Counted from the first letter of the stretch, positions 1 to 10,102 are shown. The stretch is DNA of 61,768 bases from a virus (IMGVR_UViG_3300033388_002585:1-61768); one strand, 5' to 3'. Notes: generated from the sequence alone by a model not told the origin. Made by a program: numbers and translations.

Positions 1-114
1 CACCGGCTTTTCGTTGTCCCTTCTCCCAAACAGTTCTTCATTCATTGCCTGTCCATTTACACACAGGGGATAATATTCACATTCAAATGGGGAAGTGCAG
101 GAGCCATGACGCTG
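1..114. repeat. Direct terminal repeat, left copy (circular-contig overlap)
   Basis: Bases 1-114 (caccggcttt...catgacgctg) are identical to 61655-61768, and a minus-strand ORF reads through the join in frame. Confidence 0.97.
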
Positions 115-996
115 TGGCCAAAAATTTCTTTGAGCTGCTAATTTAATATCTTCGCCTATATACTGGAATTTCTTTTCAAGAAGACTGAGATCAAACTCAT
201 TACGGTAATACGTTCGACCCCATGATTTCTTTGTCTTATTCCAGCCTGTAAAATAATGAGATGGGCGCGATATGATGTCCTTATAACAACGTTGACCATA
301 TTCCTCATCAGTCTCATCATTCTTGCCCTTTAGTTTTCTTAAATCAGGAAACCGGGTAATGATCATCGTGCATTTCTTCAAATTCTCATCTGACATGAAA
401 TAAGTCCCCACCTGATCGTGGATGTTAAACAACTTATCATACCAATCAGGCCTCCCCGACAACTTGAATTCAAAGAACCCGCTACCTAACTTAGCATCTA
501 TGTACCCCAGTATATTCACAACACCCGGCACATAATACCTTGCCTCACTCTGGGCTTCACATTTCGGTGGCTTAACTCCTAAATCCAAAACTGCTTGAAC
601 CAGCGCCCTCAACTTATACCGATTCTTATCATCCAAATCCAGCTTCTTGCTCTCCGCATCCAGTATCTCATACGACTTCCTGGGATCAAACTCACCCACC
701 TGAAACGCTTTGGACATAACTTTATCCCATATAGATCCAGCCTTGAGTGGTACACTCCCCATCTTAGACTTGGATTTAATTCCTCGGATAGAGTAGAGGT
801 AGTAGGCAAACGGACACTTGATCCATGCTTCAACTTGGGAATGGGATAACCTCATGGCTTTTGCTTTGGCTGCTTCGATACATCGAAAATACTCAGGCAG
901 ACGACAATACCCCACACCGCCATCTTCATCAGGAATATAATAGAAACATGGACTTCCCTGGGTTTTGATTCTTCTCGGACATTTACTTTGATTCAT
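1..996 (-). CDS. Cas4-like PD-(D/E)XK nuclease, 5' part; continues across the join at 61654-61622 (about 342 aa total)
   Basis: Manual translation, absent from the ORF track: ATG at 996 after AAGGAG; LSHSQVEAWIKCPFAYY, ILGYIDAK...FFEFKLSG, HDQVGTY, and C-terminal SCTSPFECEYYPLC (1+3 Cys layout of Cas4/AddB nucleases). Confidence 0.85.
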   Translation of the reverse strand, partial: MNQSKCPRRIKTQGSPCFYYIPDEDGGVGYCRLPEYFRCIEAAKAKAMRLSHSQVEAWIKCPFAYYLYSIRGIKSKSKMGSVPLKAGSIWDKVMSKAFQVGEFDPRKSYEILDAESKKLDLDDKNRYKLRALVQAVLDLGVKPPKCEAQSEARYYVPGVVNILGYIDAKLGSGFFEFKLSGRPDWYDKLFNIHDQVGTYFMSDENLKKCTMIITRFPDLRKLKGKNDETDEEYGQRCYKDIISRPSHYFTGWNKTKKSWGRTYYRNEFDLSLLEKKFQYIGEDIKLAAQRNFWPQRHGSCTSPFECEYYPLCVNGQAMNEELFGRRDNEKPV

Positions 997-1033
997 CGTG
1001 CAATAACTCCTTCCCCTTTTTTATTTTATTTTG

Positions 1034-1369
1034 TTACGAATTGTTAATCAGCGAGAGGACATCATCCTCGGTTCTTTCTCCCCAATTCAACAACTGCTGT
1101 TCATCCAACTCGACTGTATCGGCCACAGGAGTAGTTAAGCTCGGAATAAATTCCTTGTCAATCTCCTTGCGAAACTTCATATCAGCAAGCCCATCATCAT
1201 ACTCGCCACACCAATCATTGTACAACGTAGAAGGCCAGATAGCCTCATCTCCCGGTCTTGGCGCATATCTCCTGCAAGTACCTTTCTTTTTGGCTTTATC
1301 TGATTGCCAGTATACGCATGTTAAGCATGCCCTTTCTCTCTCTTTTTTATTCAGCATTACAACCTCCAC
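1034..1369 (-). CDS. Hypothetical Cys-rich protein
   Basis: ORF with CLTCVYW...GTCRRYAP...WCGEY, a common small phage protein pattern. Confidence 0.7.
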   Translation of the reverse strand: MEVVMLNKKERERACLTCVYWQSDKAKKKGTCRRYAPRPGDEAIWPSTLYNDWCGEYDDGLADMKFRKEIDKEFIPSLTTPVADTVELDEQQLLNWGERTEDDVLSLINNS

Positions 1370-1571
1370 GTTTTAATTTTTCCTCCAACGCTTGTAAAAT
1401 CAATTCTCGCAGGGTAATATCCTCATCTATACAATATTTCTTGGCCATTTTCCATAATTTTATCGGAATAGCCCTCAGTATATATGATACCTCGTTGGAA
1501 TGTATATCTCTTTTTACTTGATCCATATCTTGTTTTATCTTATTATCGGCTTTATTAGAATTACCAGACAT
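1347..1571 (-). CDS. Probable ribbon-helix-helix regulator
   Basis: GGAGG RBS; SYILRAIPIKLWKMAKKYCIDEDITLRELILQALEEKL fits a beta-helix-helix pattern. Confidence 0.65.
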   Translation of the reverse strand: MSGNSNKADNKIKQDMDQVKRDIHSNEVSYILRAIPIKLWKMAKKYCIDEDITLRELILQALEEKLKRGGCNAE

Positions 1572-1599
1572 TTGAACCTCCTCTCTTTAAGTTACCTCG

Positions 1600-1628
1600 A
1601 TAATACATGTAATCAAGGTACATGTCAA
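1600..1628 (-). promoter_or_regulatory. Sigma70-type promoter with two TACATGT boxes
   Basis: Minus strand TTGACA-17 nt-TATTAT; TACATGT at 1604-1610 and 1619-1625. Confidence 0.75.
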
Positions 1629-1953
1629 GTAAAAAAAGAATAAAAATAAAAATAAATAAAAAAATAAATAAAAAGTAGAATAAAAGTAAATAAAATCACA
1701 CAAAATCATGTGAAACTCATGTGAACTTAGGGGGGTAATAGCATAAAATTTGCCTCGCCCGGCTCGAAAAAAAAGAATCCCATTTTTTAAAAGCATGTCC
1801 GCCCCCACCGCGCCCGACCACCCTAAAAATTTGCCGACTTCTTACGCCCTGAAGTTTTACTTCGACCTGACTTGATTCTTAGCCTAATTTCTGACCTGTC
1901 TCTAACCTGTCCTTGACCTAATCCCCCAAACAATAACCAGCTATATAATACAT

Positions 1954-1992
1954 AAAAAAAGCGGCTACGAGAACTTAATCCCATAACCGCTT
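1954..1992 (-). terminator. Rho-independent terminator
   Basis: Minus strand AAGCGGTTATGGGA-loop-TCTCGTAGCCGCTT followed by a T-run, downstream of the 8863-2063 gene string. Confidence 0.75.
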
Positions 1993-2062
1993 AATTCGCT
2001 TATGCTTTATTCGCTTATGTTACTTTTTGTTTAACTGATATGCGTCTGATACCTGGATTTCT

Positions 2063-2197
2063 TTATCTTATCTTGACCACGATAACCCGGTTCCAGATGT
2101 TCAACACGATCCTTTCCACCCTGCCATCATGCACATGAAAAGACACTCCAAAACAATACAAGTGCTTCCATGGCCCGTGAATAGATATTCTACGCAT
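2063..2197 (-). CDS. Small hypothetical protein
   Basis: GGGGAG RBS before MRRISI; internal start of the 2063..2257 ORF. Confidence 0.5.
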   Translation of the reverse strand: MRRISIHGPWKHLYCFGVSFHVHDGRVERIVLNIWNRVIVVKIR

Positions 2198-2219
2198 AGT
2201 ATCTCCCCCTTGTTTCCTT

Positions 2220-2408
2220 TTAATAAATTTCAGGCAGCCCCTTGACTTCAGCCTCAAGTCTCTGCAATTCTTCTAAGGATCCCCCATCACCAAATTCTAC
2301 CAAATCATAATCCAACACGTTGACATTTACTTCAACATCTCTATGAGCATCGGCATATACAGCCGTTATTGCTCCGCCTCTGATCTCAATGTATATATTC
2401 GCTTCCAT
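2220..2408 (-). CDS. Hypothetical protein
   Basis: ORF preceded by the conserved GGAGCGTAAAAGC-ATG junction motif. Confidence 0.7.
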   Translation of the reverse strand: MEANIYIEIRGGAITAVYADAHRDVEVNVNVLDYDLVEFGDGGSLEELQRLEAEVKGLPEIY

Positions 2409-2495
2409 GCTTTTACGCTCCTTTTTTATCTTCTTTTTTTCTTTAAGTACAAATGGTTATTATATACGTTTATCCAACCTTTATTCAACCTTGAC

Positions 2496-3239
2496 TTAAA
2501 TCCACGCCGGTTCTTTATCTGCATCCGGCCATGATTTAATTTGACTTAACACACTTTCCGGTACATCTTCATGCAACCGCGTGGAACCATACTTGTACCC
2601 ACAGACCGGACAAGCCTTCATTAAGACCCCCTCTAAATGCTCTGTTTCACGTACACAGTTTGATGTCTTTGTTTCCCTGGACTTTTCTTTGTAGCATTCT
2701 GGAAACGGTAAATCTTTTTGTTCATAGGGTAAAGACAGGATTAAAATCTCATCTTTTGTTAACTCTATTTTTTCACCCTCAATAAGTCTTTTTATTGCAA
2801 GGTCTTTAATAGCTTTCCTTTTTTCCATAACTTCAGGCGTCAATTGATAAGTTGCCACTTCCAGTCTTTTCTTACCCCAACCTTCAGCTCTCTGATGCTT
2901 ACATCCGGCCCTCATATCGTTTAAATGCCATTGTTCCCAAATATCCAGTAAGTCAAGCCATGACTCCCGATCCCATCCCGGTGCGAATTTAATATCTTCA
3001 GGTTTAATCAACTTATCATGCCTGCTATCATCATCAGCCGGATCTCTATGCTCAAATTCCATGTCAATCTGACCACAGCCCCCTCTTGTATCCCCATTTC
3101 TCAACGGGCCAATAACCCCCGTAAAAGATAACCTGTTATTATTGAATTCTGTCTTAATAAAGATATTACCCCCGTGACGTTCTTTGATCTTGCCAATTCT
3201 CATTACTTTGCTTATCTTTACTTCATTTGTCTTTTCCAT
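2496..3239 (-). CDS. Hypothetical phage protein (WHLNDM motif, CPVCGYKYG Zn ribbon)
   Basis: 247-aa ORF with GGAG RBS and the motifs named. Confidence 0.8.
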   Translation of the reverse strand: MEKTNEVKISKVMRIGKIKERHGGNIFIKTEFNNNRLSFTGVIGPLRNGDTRGGCGQIDMEFEHRDPADDDSRHDKLIKPEDIKFAPGWDRESWLDLLDIWEQWHLNDMRAGCKHQRAEGWGKKRLEVATYQLTPEVMEKRKAIKDLAIKRLIEGEKIELTKDEILILSLPYEQKDLPFPECYKEKSRETKTSNCVRETEHLEGVLMKACPVCGYKYGSTRLHEDVPESVLSQIKSWPDADKEPAWI

Positions 3240-3243
3240 GCTT

Positions 3244-3582
3244 TTACGCTCCTTCCCCTGACTCTTTGTTTATATTCTTTATCAACACTACTTCACGCCT
3301 GATTTTCTTGACGCTAATCCAATCGGTCTGAAAAAATGAACCCGCATAATCTTTAACCCAGTATGAATGAAGGAAGCCAACTTCAACCGGCTCACCATCT
3401 GGCCCATTTACGTAGACTTTATTCCTGCCCTTCGGCATTTTGCCATAGTGATCTACCAGAAAACCATTGACGGCTCCAACCGACTCACACTCTTCTTTAA
3501 TTTGCTGTAAATAGTGCGGGGTCTCTGCTAAACTTTTCCTGTAGGTCTCATCAATTTTTACTTCATAATATACTTCTTCCAT
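3244..3582 (-). CDS. Hypothetical protein
   Basis: 112-aa ORF with the conserved junction motif. Confidence 0.7.
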   Translation of the reverse strand: MEEVYYEVKIDETYRKSLAETPHYLQQIKEECESVGAVNGFLVDHYGKMPKGRNKVYVNGPDGEPVEVGFLHSYWVKDYAGSFFQTDWISVKKIRREVVLIKNINKESGEGA

Positions 3583-3618
3583 GTTTTTACGCTCCTTTCG
3601 CTTCTATTATACAACTGG

Positions 3619-3831
3619 TTAATGTTTACTCCTGACATGCCTCTCAAGCGCCCGAAAGTTTTCCTGATAAAATACCTCGAAGGCAACGGGATCATTTCTT
3701 CTTAACCATGTCCCGTATCTATCGACCATGTTCCACGGAACCCGGCCCCCTGCTTCAGGGTGATCATCTACCGGGCATCCGATTTCATTAAGGTCTTCTT
3801 CGGCTCTCTTTTTCGTGTATTTTTCTTCCAT
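3619..3831 (-). CDS. Hypothetical protein
   Basis: Start MEEK after GGGGAAAG; YGTWLRRNDPVAF motif. Confidence 0.65.
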   Translation of the reverse strand: MEEKYTKKRAEEDLNEIGCPVDDHPEAGGRVPWNMVDRYGTWLRRNDPVAFEVFYQENFRALERHVRSKH

Positions 3832-3832
3832 T

Positions 3833-4216
3833 TTACTTTCCCCCTTTCTTCTTATCTTCCGGGTAACTAACACCACTCACCATCCCGTGTCTTTTCATCT
3901 CGACCACCATCCCATCTTCAAAAACATAGGGATCATCCGGGCCACCACACATCAGGAACCAGCGCCCCTTGAAATTAAATACAGTCCCCTGTGGCATAAA
4001 ATCATTCAACCGGGCCTGTGTAACCCGTGTCCGCCATCCATTTGAATCCAGTTTAAAGCTCCCATCTGGATAAATTGTAACTATATCAGTCTCATGGAAC
4101 CTTATCGCTCTGTTTCCATTTGTATACCGTATGCTCAAGGTGTTACGTCTTATAAATCTTGAATCCTTGACTTGGCTCCCCACGTTTTCTAAAATCTCTT
4201 CCTGTGTTTTTCTCAT
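3833..4216 (-). CDS. Hypothetical phage protein
   Basis: IRFHETDIV...LDSNGWRTRVTQARLN; GGAG RBS. Confidence 0.75.
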   Translation of the reverse strand: MRKTQEEILENVGSQVKDSRFIRRNTLSIRYTNGNRAIRFHETDIVTIYPDGSFKLDSNGWRTRVTQARLNDFMPQGTVFNFKGRWFLMCGGPDDPYVFEDGMVVEMKRHGMVSGVSYPEDKKKGGK

Positions 4217-4882
4217 TTACGCTCCCCTTTCTTTCTTTTTATTTGAATTATACGTACTCCAGTCAACCCGCTTTTTTAACGTTTGATCACCCTCTTTCAT
4301 TCCATCATATAACCTGTCATAGTTTAATTGACTTTCACTCTTTTTAACATACAGCGCAACTCCCGCGAATCCTGGAGATACGCTTGCCGGCCTGTATATC
4401 GCAATGGTTTTATACGACCAGTTCATGAATGCCGCCGTATCTGTGCCTTGACTTCGACTATCACTCAGATCAATAAATCTGGTTCCGCATTTAGCATGTA
4501 TATCCTGGGCAAACTGTACGTATCTATACTTAGGTAATGGTGTTAGTCTACACTGAGACGGTCTGAAATTACCTCTCACGGATCTTGCATCCTTTTTTTG
4601 TATAATTGCTCGCAACTCTGTTATAAATTGTTTAAAACTCCCCCGATAATAAACTTTACTGTATGCCTTGTAGAGATTTTCTTGCTGGTTATTATCAGGT
4701 AAAAACATGTTCTCAATATACTCCACCGGCCTTGCTTTCGCCCAACGCTTACCCTTTAACCTTATCACCCGTTTAAACCTCTTGACTTCAGATGTTATCC
4801 GGTTATCCCTTATACCAATAGAATCATTCAGTATCCTGAGAACCAGCAAGACTACATCTATGTTTTTCACAATATCGCTCAT
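4217..4882 (-). CDS. Hypothetical protein
   Basis: Long ORF; likely start MSDIV after AAAGGT. Confidence 0.65.
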   Translation of the reverse strand: MSDIVKNIDVVLLVLRILNDSIGIRDNRITSEVKRFKRVIRLKGKRWAKARPVEYIENMFLPDNNQQENLYKAYSKVYYRGSFKQFITELRAIIQKKDARSVRGNFRPSQCRLTPLPKYRYVQFAQDIHAKCGTRFIDLSDSRSQGTDTAAFMNWSYKTIAIYRPASVSPGFAGVALYVKKSESQLNYDRLYDGMKEGDQTLKKRVDWSTYNSNKKKERGA

Positions 4883-4889
4883 ATACTTA

Positions 4890-5528
4890 TTACCTTTCTC
4901 TGTAATACCGTAGCGTAAAAAAGATGAAATCATTGTCTACAGTTCTATCAACATAACAAAAGGATGTTGAATAAAAGTCTTCAGAATTATAATCCGGCCT
5001 GTACTTGTCACTATACTTGTTAACCGTTAAAGAATCCAATGGCACCCCATCTGCATCTTTATCGCATACCCCTTCAAACTGCATTTGCTCTGCAAATCTT
5101 CTATATTTATCCTGACTCAACGGGAAAATCCGAATCTTGTTAAACTTATTAATCGGCATATGATCCCTGTATCTATACGGTCTATCCCGAATCTTTTTAT
5201 AAATCCACGTTAACTTATCATTAGTTAACCCCGGTAAAAATTGCTTTGAGGCTTTAAACATCTGAAGAAACACGCCCTGATTTAATCGTCTGATATAAAT
5301 AAAAGGCGTCGTATACCAACCCCTGCCCGTACCCTCTTTCATGTCCTTTAACAGATAGCTTGTGAAGCATCTGTTTTTAGTTTTCCAACCCCCGGTATAA
5401 TCCCTGCCCTGCAACTTTTCCATTAGTAACGCCGAATCTACAGTAGCTAATAAATGACGCAATTCATAAACCGCTTCTTTTTTTTCCTGTCTTGTTTTAG
5501 GTATCCTTCGCTTGCTTCGCTTGCCCAT
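4890..5528 (-). CDS. Hypothetical protein
   Basis: 212-aa ORF in the same-strand gene string. Confidence 0.65.
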   Translation of the reverse strand: MGKRSKRRIPKTRQEKKEAVYELRHLLATVDSALLMEKLQGRDYTGGWKTKNRCFTSYLLKDMKEGTGRGWYTTPFIYIRRLNQGVFLQMFKASKQFLPGLTNDKLTWIYKKIRDRPYRYRDHMPINKFNKIRIFPLSQDKYRRFAEQMQFEGVCDKDADGVPLDSLTVNKYSDKYRPDYNSEDFYSTSFCYVDRTVDNDFIFFTLRYYRER

Positions 5529-5710
5529 TTCAACACCTATATAACCCTTTCTGGCTTCCGCCCGGTCTTATCTTCCAAACCATGATTTTGCTTTAAGTCA
5601 AATCCTCTGTACTGCAACTGGTTATTATTCAGATTTCTATTATTCAGATTTCTATTATTCAATTTTCTATTCAGCTTATTGTTTAACATCCTTTTTATCT
5701 AACATCCTTT

Positions 5711-6949
5711 TTATCCGATATCCTTAATCCTAATTACATCCCCCACTTTGGGAGTTAATCTGGAATCCCATCTATACTTATCATATTGAACCCATAAAAC
5801 TGGATAATCCGGGTCTCCTATATCATCAAAGTCACCCTCAAGATCCGTGAAATAAACTAAACACAAGGGGCTCAAATCATTCTCTTTAACATAATCGAAC
5901 ACTGGCTTGAATTTCGTACCGCCATGACCTCTCGGATTTAACTTTACCGGCAAGTCGTATCTGGAATAATGCTCAATTGCGTCCTCATAAACTCTGGTAT
6001 CACAGTATATGACCATCGCATCCTTGTGAAATTCCTCAAGCGTATCCGTGATTATTGCCGCGTATTGATTTAACTCATCTTTACCTACACTTCCACTTGT
6101 GTCTACGGCAAAAATAATATTGTTTAATCCATCCGCTTGCAGGGAAGGCATTATAAATTCTGCGCTGTATCTCAAATTTGGCCGTATAAACGTGTAGTCT
6201 GTCTGACATGACCGATCAATAAACTGTCTCAAGTAACTGCTCAATGATATTGCCGGGTCTAAAATTCCATTGATTACTCTGCTTAATCCAGCGGGTATAA
6301 TCCCTGCGGCTCGCGCGCTCATTGCAGCTTGAGCAATCATGACCTTGATTTCAGCCTCATGTTGATTGATTTCTGCTTGACTTGCTTCTTGATCCCCATC
6401 ATCTCCCGGATAGTCCCGAACCTCACCGAATTCCACGCCTTGGTTACCCTGATCTGTGTCCTGACTTGTGTCCTGATCCTTATCCTGCTTGTCTTGTTGC
6501 TGTTTATTCTGCTTAACCTTTTCTTGTTGCAGGGTATCGTAAACAACCTCTGTGCTTGCTCCCCGATAATCATCTGATAACAATGGTTCTGGCGGCAAAG
6601 TTAATCCAGAGTCCCTGACAATCAAATTTATTACATAGTCCCCGGCCTCATTCCACGTTTTATAATCCCTGTTTCCGCGCCTTAAGTGGTGCATAAATAA
6701 CACGTGACCAACTTCATGAGCTATTAGCCCCTCACATTCCTTGACATTCAATTCATCAATCCACGCTGGATTATACCCTATATTTTTCCCGTCAATCCAA
6801 GCTGTTTCGCAATTATAGTCCTCAATCATCGGGAACCTGACAGCTAATCCGCCCCAAAACGGAGCATTTAACATTAGTCTCATTTTGGCCTGTGACATCT
6901 TCTTGGCGGCTCTTTCATTCTTTAACACGTTATTGTTTGCCTTACTCAT
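5711..6949 (-). CDS. DUF2201-type putative metallopeptidase with C-terminal vWA domain
   Basis: HEVGH (HExxH), N-x-A-x-D-x-x-I-N, acidic linker, MIDAS DTSGS, GGTKF, YFTD. Confidence 0.9.
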   Translation of the reverse strand: MSKANNNVLKNERAAKKMSQAKMRLMLNAPFWGGLAVRFPMIEDYNCETAWIDGKNIGYNPAWIDELNVKECEGLIAHEVGHVLFMHHLRRGNRDYKTWNEAGDYVINLIVRDSGLTLPPEPLLSDDYRGASTEVVYDTLQQEKVKQNKQQQDKQDKDQDTSQDTDQGNQGVEFGEVRDYPGDDGDQEASQAEINQHEAEIKVMIAQAAMSARAAGIIPAGLSRVINGILDPAISLSSYLRQFIDRSCQTDYTFIRPNLRYSAEFIMPSLQADGLNNIIFAVDTSGSVGKDELNQYAAIITDTLEEFHKDAMVIYCDTRVYEDAIEHYSRYDLPVKLNPRGHGGTKFKPVFDYVKENDLSPLCLVYFTDLEGDFDDIGDPDYPVLWVQYDKYRWDSRLTPKVGDVIRIKDIG

Positions 6950-6963
6950 GATTACGTCCCCCT

Positions 6964-7845
6964 TTATCCAAGTATCCCGGTCATTTTTTTAAGTATATCT
7001 TCAGCTTCCTTTATCTTATCACGCCTTAAATCATCATCATTTCTTAAATCATCCGGGTCTACGTTAGCTAAGCTCCGCTCAACTTCACGCCTCATATCCT
7101 CAAGCGCCGGATCATCAGATACATTTAACGTCGGTAATATCTCACATAACTCGTATATGTTACCCACAAGCGAATTCCTAAAAACCGAATTATCCTTCAA
7201 CTTAACCTCAAAACTCTTAATCACACTAAACAACCGACCCCAAATATCCTTCATGGCTGCTTTTTCAGCTTCCTGTACCCGGCCCTGAATTTGTTCCTGA
7301 ATCTCCTTTATATTCTCATCCCCAATATCGCACCGAAAATCACCTGACGCAGGTACAGGGCTAAAAACGATATCAAAGGAAAATTTATTACGGATACATT
7401 CTGCAATAGGATAATCACCCTGACTAAACAACCGTCCTAATCGCTTCCGCTCCCCTTCCACGATATGCTCATAAGCATTAACAAACTCATCGATAGCATT
7501 TGTTAAATTACCCTTATACGTCCCCATGGCCTCAACGTAATTCCAATACGCCTTGGCCGTTAAAATCCGGGCGCCGTCATCCAGCCAAGGTAACGTATGC
7601 CCGTAATGGTATGTACGAATCTTGTTAACACTTTTCCCGATAGCCTTAAAACTTTCATGGTCGATTAACAGCTTATGATAATTCCCTGCGTGGCCCTCTG
7701 TTTGGTATACTCTTTCAATGTTGCTACTTATCTTTTTATCCAACTTTCGACCGCGCCATTGACTAATTTTTAACGTCACCAGCATGGCGCGGCTATTTAA
7801 ACTCGTTTGACCTTTTGTCTTATCATTGCTTATTCGCTTTTCCAT
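6964..7845 (-). CDS. Helical protein of the MoxR-vWA cluster (DUF3150-like)
   Basis: Lies between the AAA and vWA genes; TLPW..DGARIL and DYP..IR.KFSF motifs. Confidence 0.65.
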   Translation of the reverse strand: MEKRISNDKTKGQTSLNSRAMLVTLKISQWRGRKLDKKISSNIERVYQTEGHAGNYHKLLIDHESFKAIGKSVNKIRTYHYGHTLPWLDDGARILTAKAYWNYVEAMGTYKGNLTNAIDEFVNAYEHIVEGERKRLGRLFSQGDYPIAECIRNKFSFDIVFSPVPASGDFRCDIGDENIKEIQEQIQGRVQEAEKAAMKDIWGRLFSVIKSFEVKLKDNSVFRNSLVGNIYELCEILPTLNVSDDPALEDMRREVERSLANVDPDDLRNDDDLRRDKIKEAEDILKKMTGILG

Positions 7846-7855
7846 AACCTCCCCC

Positions 7856-8863
7856 TTAATCCATTAAGACGTTTGCATTTCTACGCGCCCAATTCAAAAA
7901 TTCATTGCAAGCCATTAGCTCTGGATTTTTCTTGGTAGCACTTAATAAACAAAAAATCCCAAACTCATCCGGCAATCTATTACAATATAACACGATATTA
8001 TCGAAATTTTTCTTGTTTGCCCTGAATGCTAATGCAGAGCATATCGAGTATATTATATCCCCTTTATCACTACCCGGAACCATAGCATTTAAAGGATCAC
8101 TTATAAGCGCATCTATGTCCGGTAAACTCTTGAAAACCTTAATGAATCCGGTAAATTTAACGGCAAACTCTTCCCCTGCGGCGCCTTTTATCAATTCATA
8201 CGCCAACCTGTCTGCGTGTCCGAATTTATAATGATTGTCTGCATTGACTACTGTCCGGGGATTAGGAGAGTTGACGATATCTGTAGTGGGGTTATGTTTT
8301 AACAGCATATCAGGCGCCCACTTAATGAAGGCTATCATTTCAGCGCTAACACCATGATTCAAGGCCCATTCAATCCATGAATCCGTGTCCACGTGTAGTT
8401 CAATAATACTTGTGAACCGGGTTTTAACGGCCTCTGAGATTCCCATCACGTTGCTTTTATCACCCTTACGATTTGACGCGGACATAAAGACAACATGTTC
8501 TGATATCCTGTGACCATTTAACCGGCCTCCCCAGATTAGTTGCATTAGGGCATTTTGTACCGACGGCAAGGCCTGTCCTAAATCATCGATAAAGCATACG
8601 GTTGGTTTATCGGCCTTGATCAGCTTTAATAAATCCCCATAGGGTAAAAACCCGGCTTCCGTATCACTGATCTTTGCAGGGTATCCTTTATAATCTGTGG
8701 GGTCTGCTATTACCGGATGAGTCAAGATAAGGTCCACCCCGGTATTATAGCAGGTCTGGCTCATTATGTCAGTTTTGCCGACACCTGGCGGTCCTATGAT
8801 TAATAATGATTGTTTCGATATAATACTGGCCTCTGTCACTTTTAATAAGTCTTTTGCATTCAT
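7856..8863 (-). CDS. MoxR-type AAA+ ATPase
   Basis: Walker A GPPGVGKT, Walker B CFIDDL, SASNR, RF arginine finger, PNPRT. Confidence 0.9.
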   Translation of the reverse strand: MNAKDLLKVTEASIISKQSLLIIGPPGVGKTDIMSQTCYNTGVDLILTHPVIADPTDYKGYPAKISDTEAGFLPYGDLLKLIKADKPTVCFIDDLGQALPSVQNALMQLIWGGRLNGHRISEHVVFMSASNRKGDKSNVMGISEAVKTRFTSIIELHVDTDSWIEWALNHGVSAEMIAFIKWAPDMLLKHNPTTDIVNSPNPRTVVNADNHYKFGHADRLAYELIKGAAGEEFAVKFTGFIKVFKSLPDIDALISDPLNAMVPGSDKGDIIYSICSALAFRANKKNFDNIVLYCNRLPDEFGIFCLLSATKKNPELMACNEFLNWARRNANVLMD

Positions 8864-9590
8864 GCTTTTTATCTCCCTTCTACGGTTTTTTGATTTACGC
8901 CACTTTGATTTAAATAGTGAGTTTGTTTGACAGCCTCATTCTCATTATTATATGTCCATGTTTCCGCCCCAAATTCCTGTGTGTCAACATCTTGAATTAA
9001 CACGCAATAATTTTTCCCAAGTTTGACAACGACTGCTTTTTTTCTCATCTCTTTTATCCCCCCTTTTCGGTAATTTAATTAGCAAGCCAAAGCCTCAATT
9101 AAACCCGCCCGGCCCGCCATCCCTGTATATCAGAGACAGTATATGTATTGCATATCAAAAAGGCAGTGTAAAGCAATTTTTGACACTTTATTTAAATCCC
9201 TCGTAACATACTGGAATCATTGTTATAAATCTTTGCTTCAAACTCTCCTAAAGCTCCCTGAACACGTTATATATACCCTTTTTTTCCCGCACTTGGATAA
9301 CTACTTGATATGACTGGATAACTGCGTGAAAAAATGAATATACGAGGTTTATACTGGGATTATACTGAGATTAGGCTGGTGGTATCCTTTTTGCATGTGT
9401 TTTTTGCTCAACCTCTTGAACCTCAGCTTCCTTTCAAATCTTAACTCCAGCCCCTTGACCAGAATCCCAGAAACACCCTTGTTGAATTCTTTTTTATACA
9501 CCTATACACATACATGTTATACTCAACTGTTGAACCTTAATACACCCGTTATGAAGGGTGTCCCCCAACTGGAAATAATAGGGGCTAAGT

Positions 9591-10102
9591 AGAATCTGAG
9601 AATCTGAGAATTATAGAATCGTATAAGTAGGAAGTTGAGGTATAGCTGTTTAATGTGACCGTGTAGAATCTGAGAATCTGAGAATTATAGAATCTCTTAA
9701 GTAGTTTGTTTTATCTATAGCCAAGAATCTTTATCTATATGCAAAAGGCATAGAATTCGACAAACTATTTGGGGACTCTTACGCGCGTAATAATATATAA
9801 GGGACGGCTCGGATTAGGGGGATTAAAGTAAACTGTAGAATGTTGTGTATTAGGTGTTATGTTGAGTATTTGTGTAGGTGTTTATATTGGTGTTTATATT
9901 AGGTGTTTATGTCATATATTTATATAATGTGTTATGCTAAGGTGTTTATGTTGAATGTTAGAAACATACTTTACTCATACATCTTTACTCATACATCTTT
10001 ACTCATACATCTTTTGTCTACACCTCATTTCATGTTCCCGGCTCCCTTGGCGCCTTCAGATCCCTCTTATCCTGCTTATTGATCTTTAGCCTGCTTATTG
10101 AT
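9591..10102. repeat. Cluster of direct repeats in the divergent non-coding region
   Basis: AGAATCTGAGAATCTGAGAATTATAGAATC twice (about 9591 and 9665); GTGTTTAT units; CATACATCTTT(ACT) three times at about 9976-10014; CCTGCTTATTGAT twice. Confidence 0.8.

Noticed and set aside
1-114. Biological terminal repeat
   Set aside because: It falls mid-gene, so it is more simply an assembly overlap of a circular contig.
595-849. Track ORFs 595..849 (+) and 609..833 (-)
   Set aside because: They are shadows of the Cas4-like gene in another frame or strand.
9591-10102. CRISPR or mini-array
   Set aside because: Repeats are tandem or only two copies, without regular unique spacers; no cas operon.
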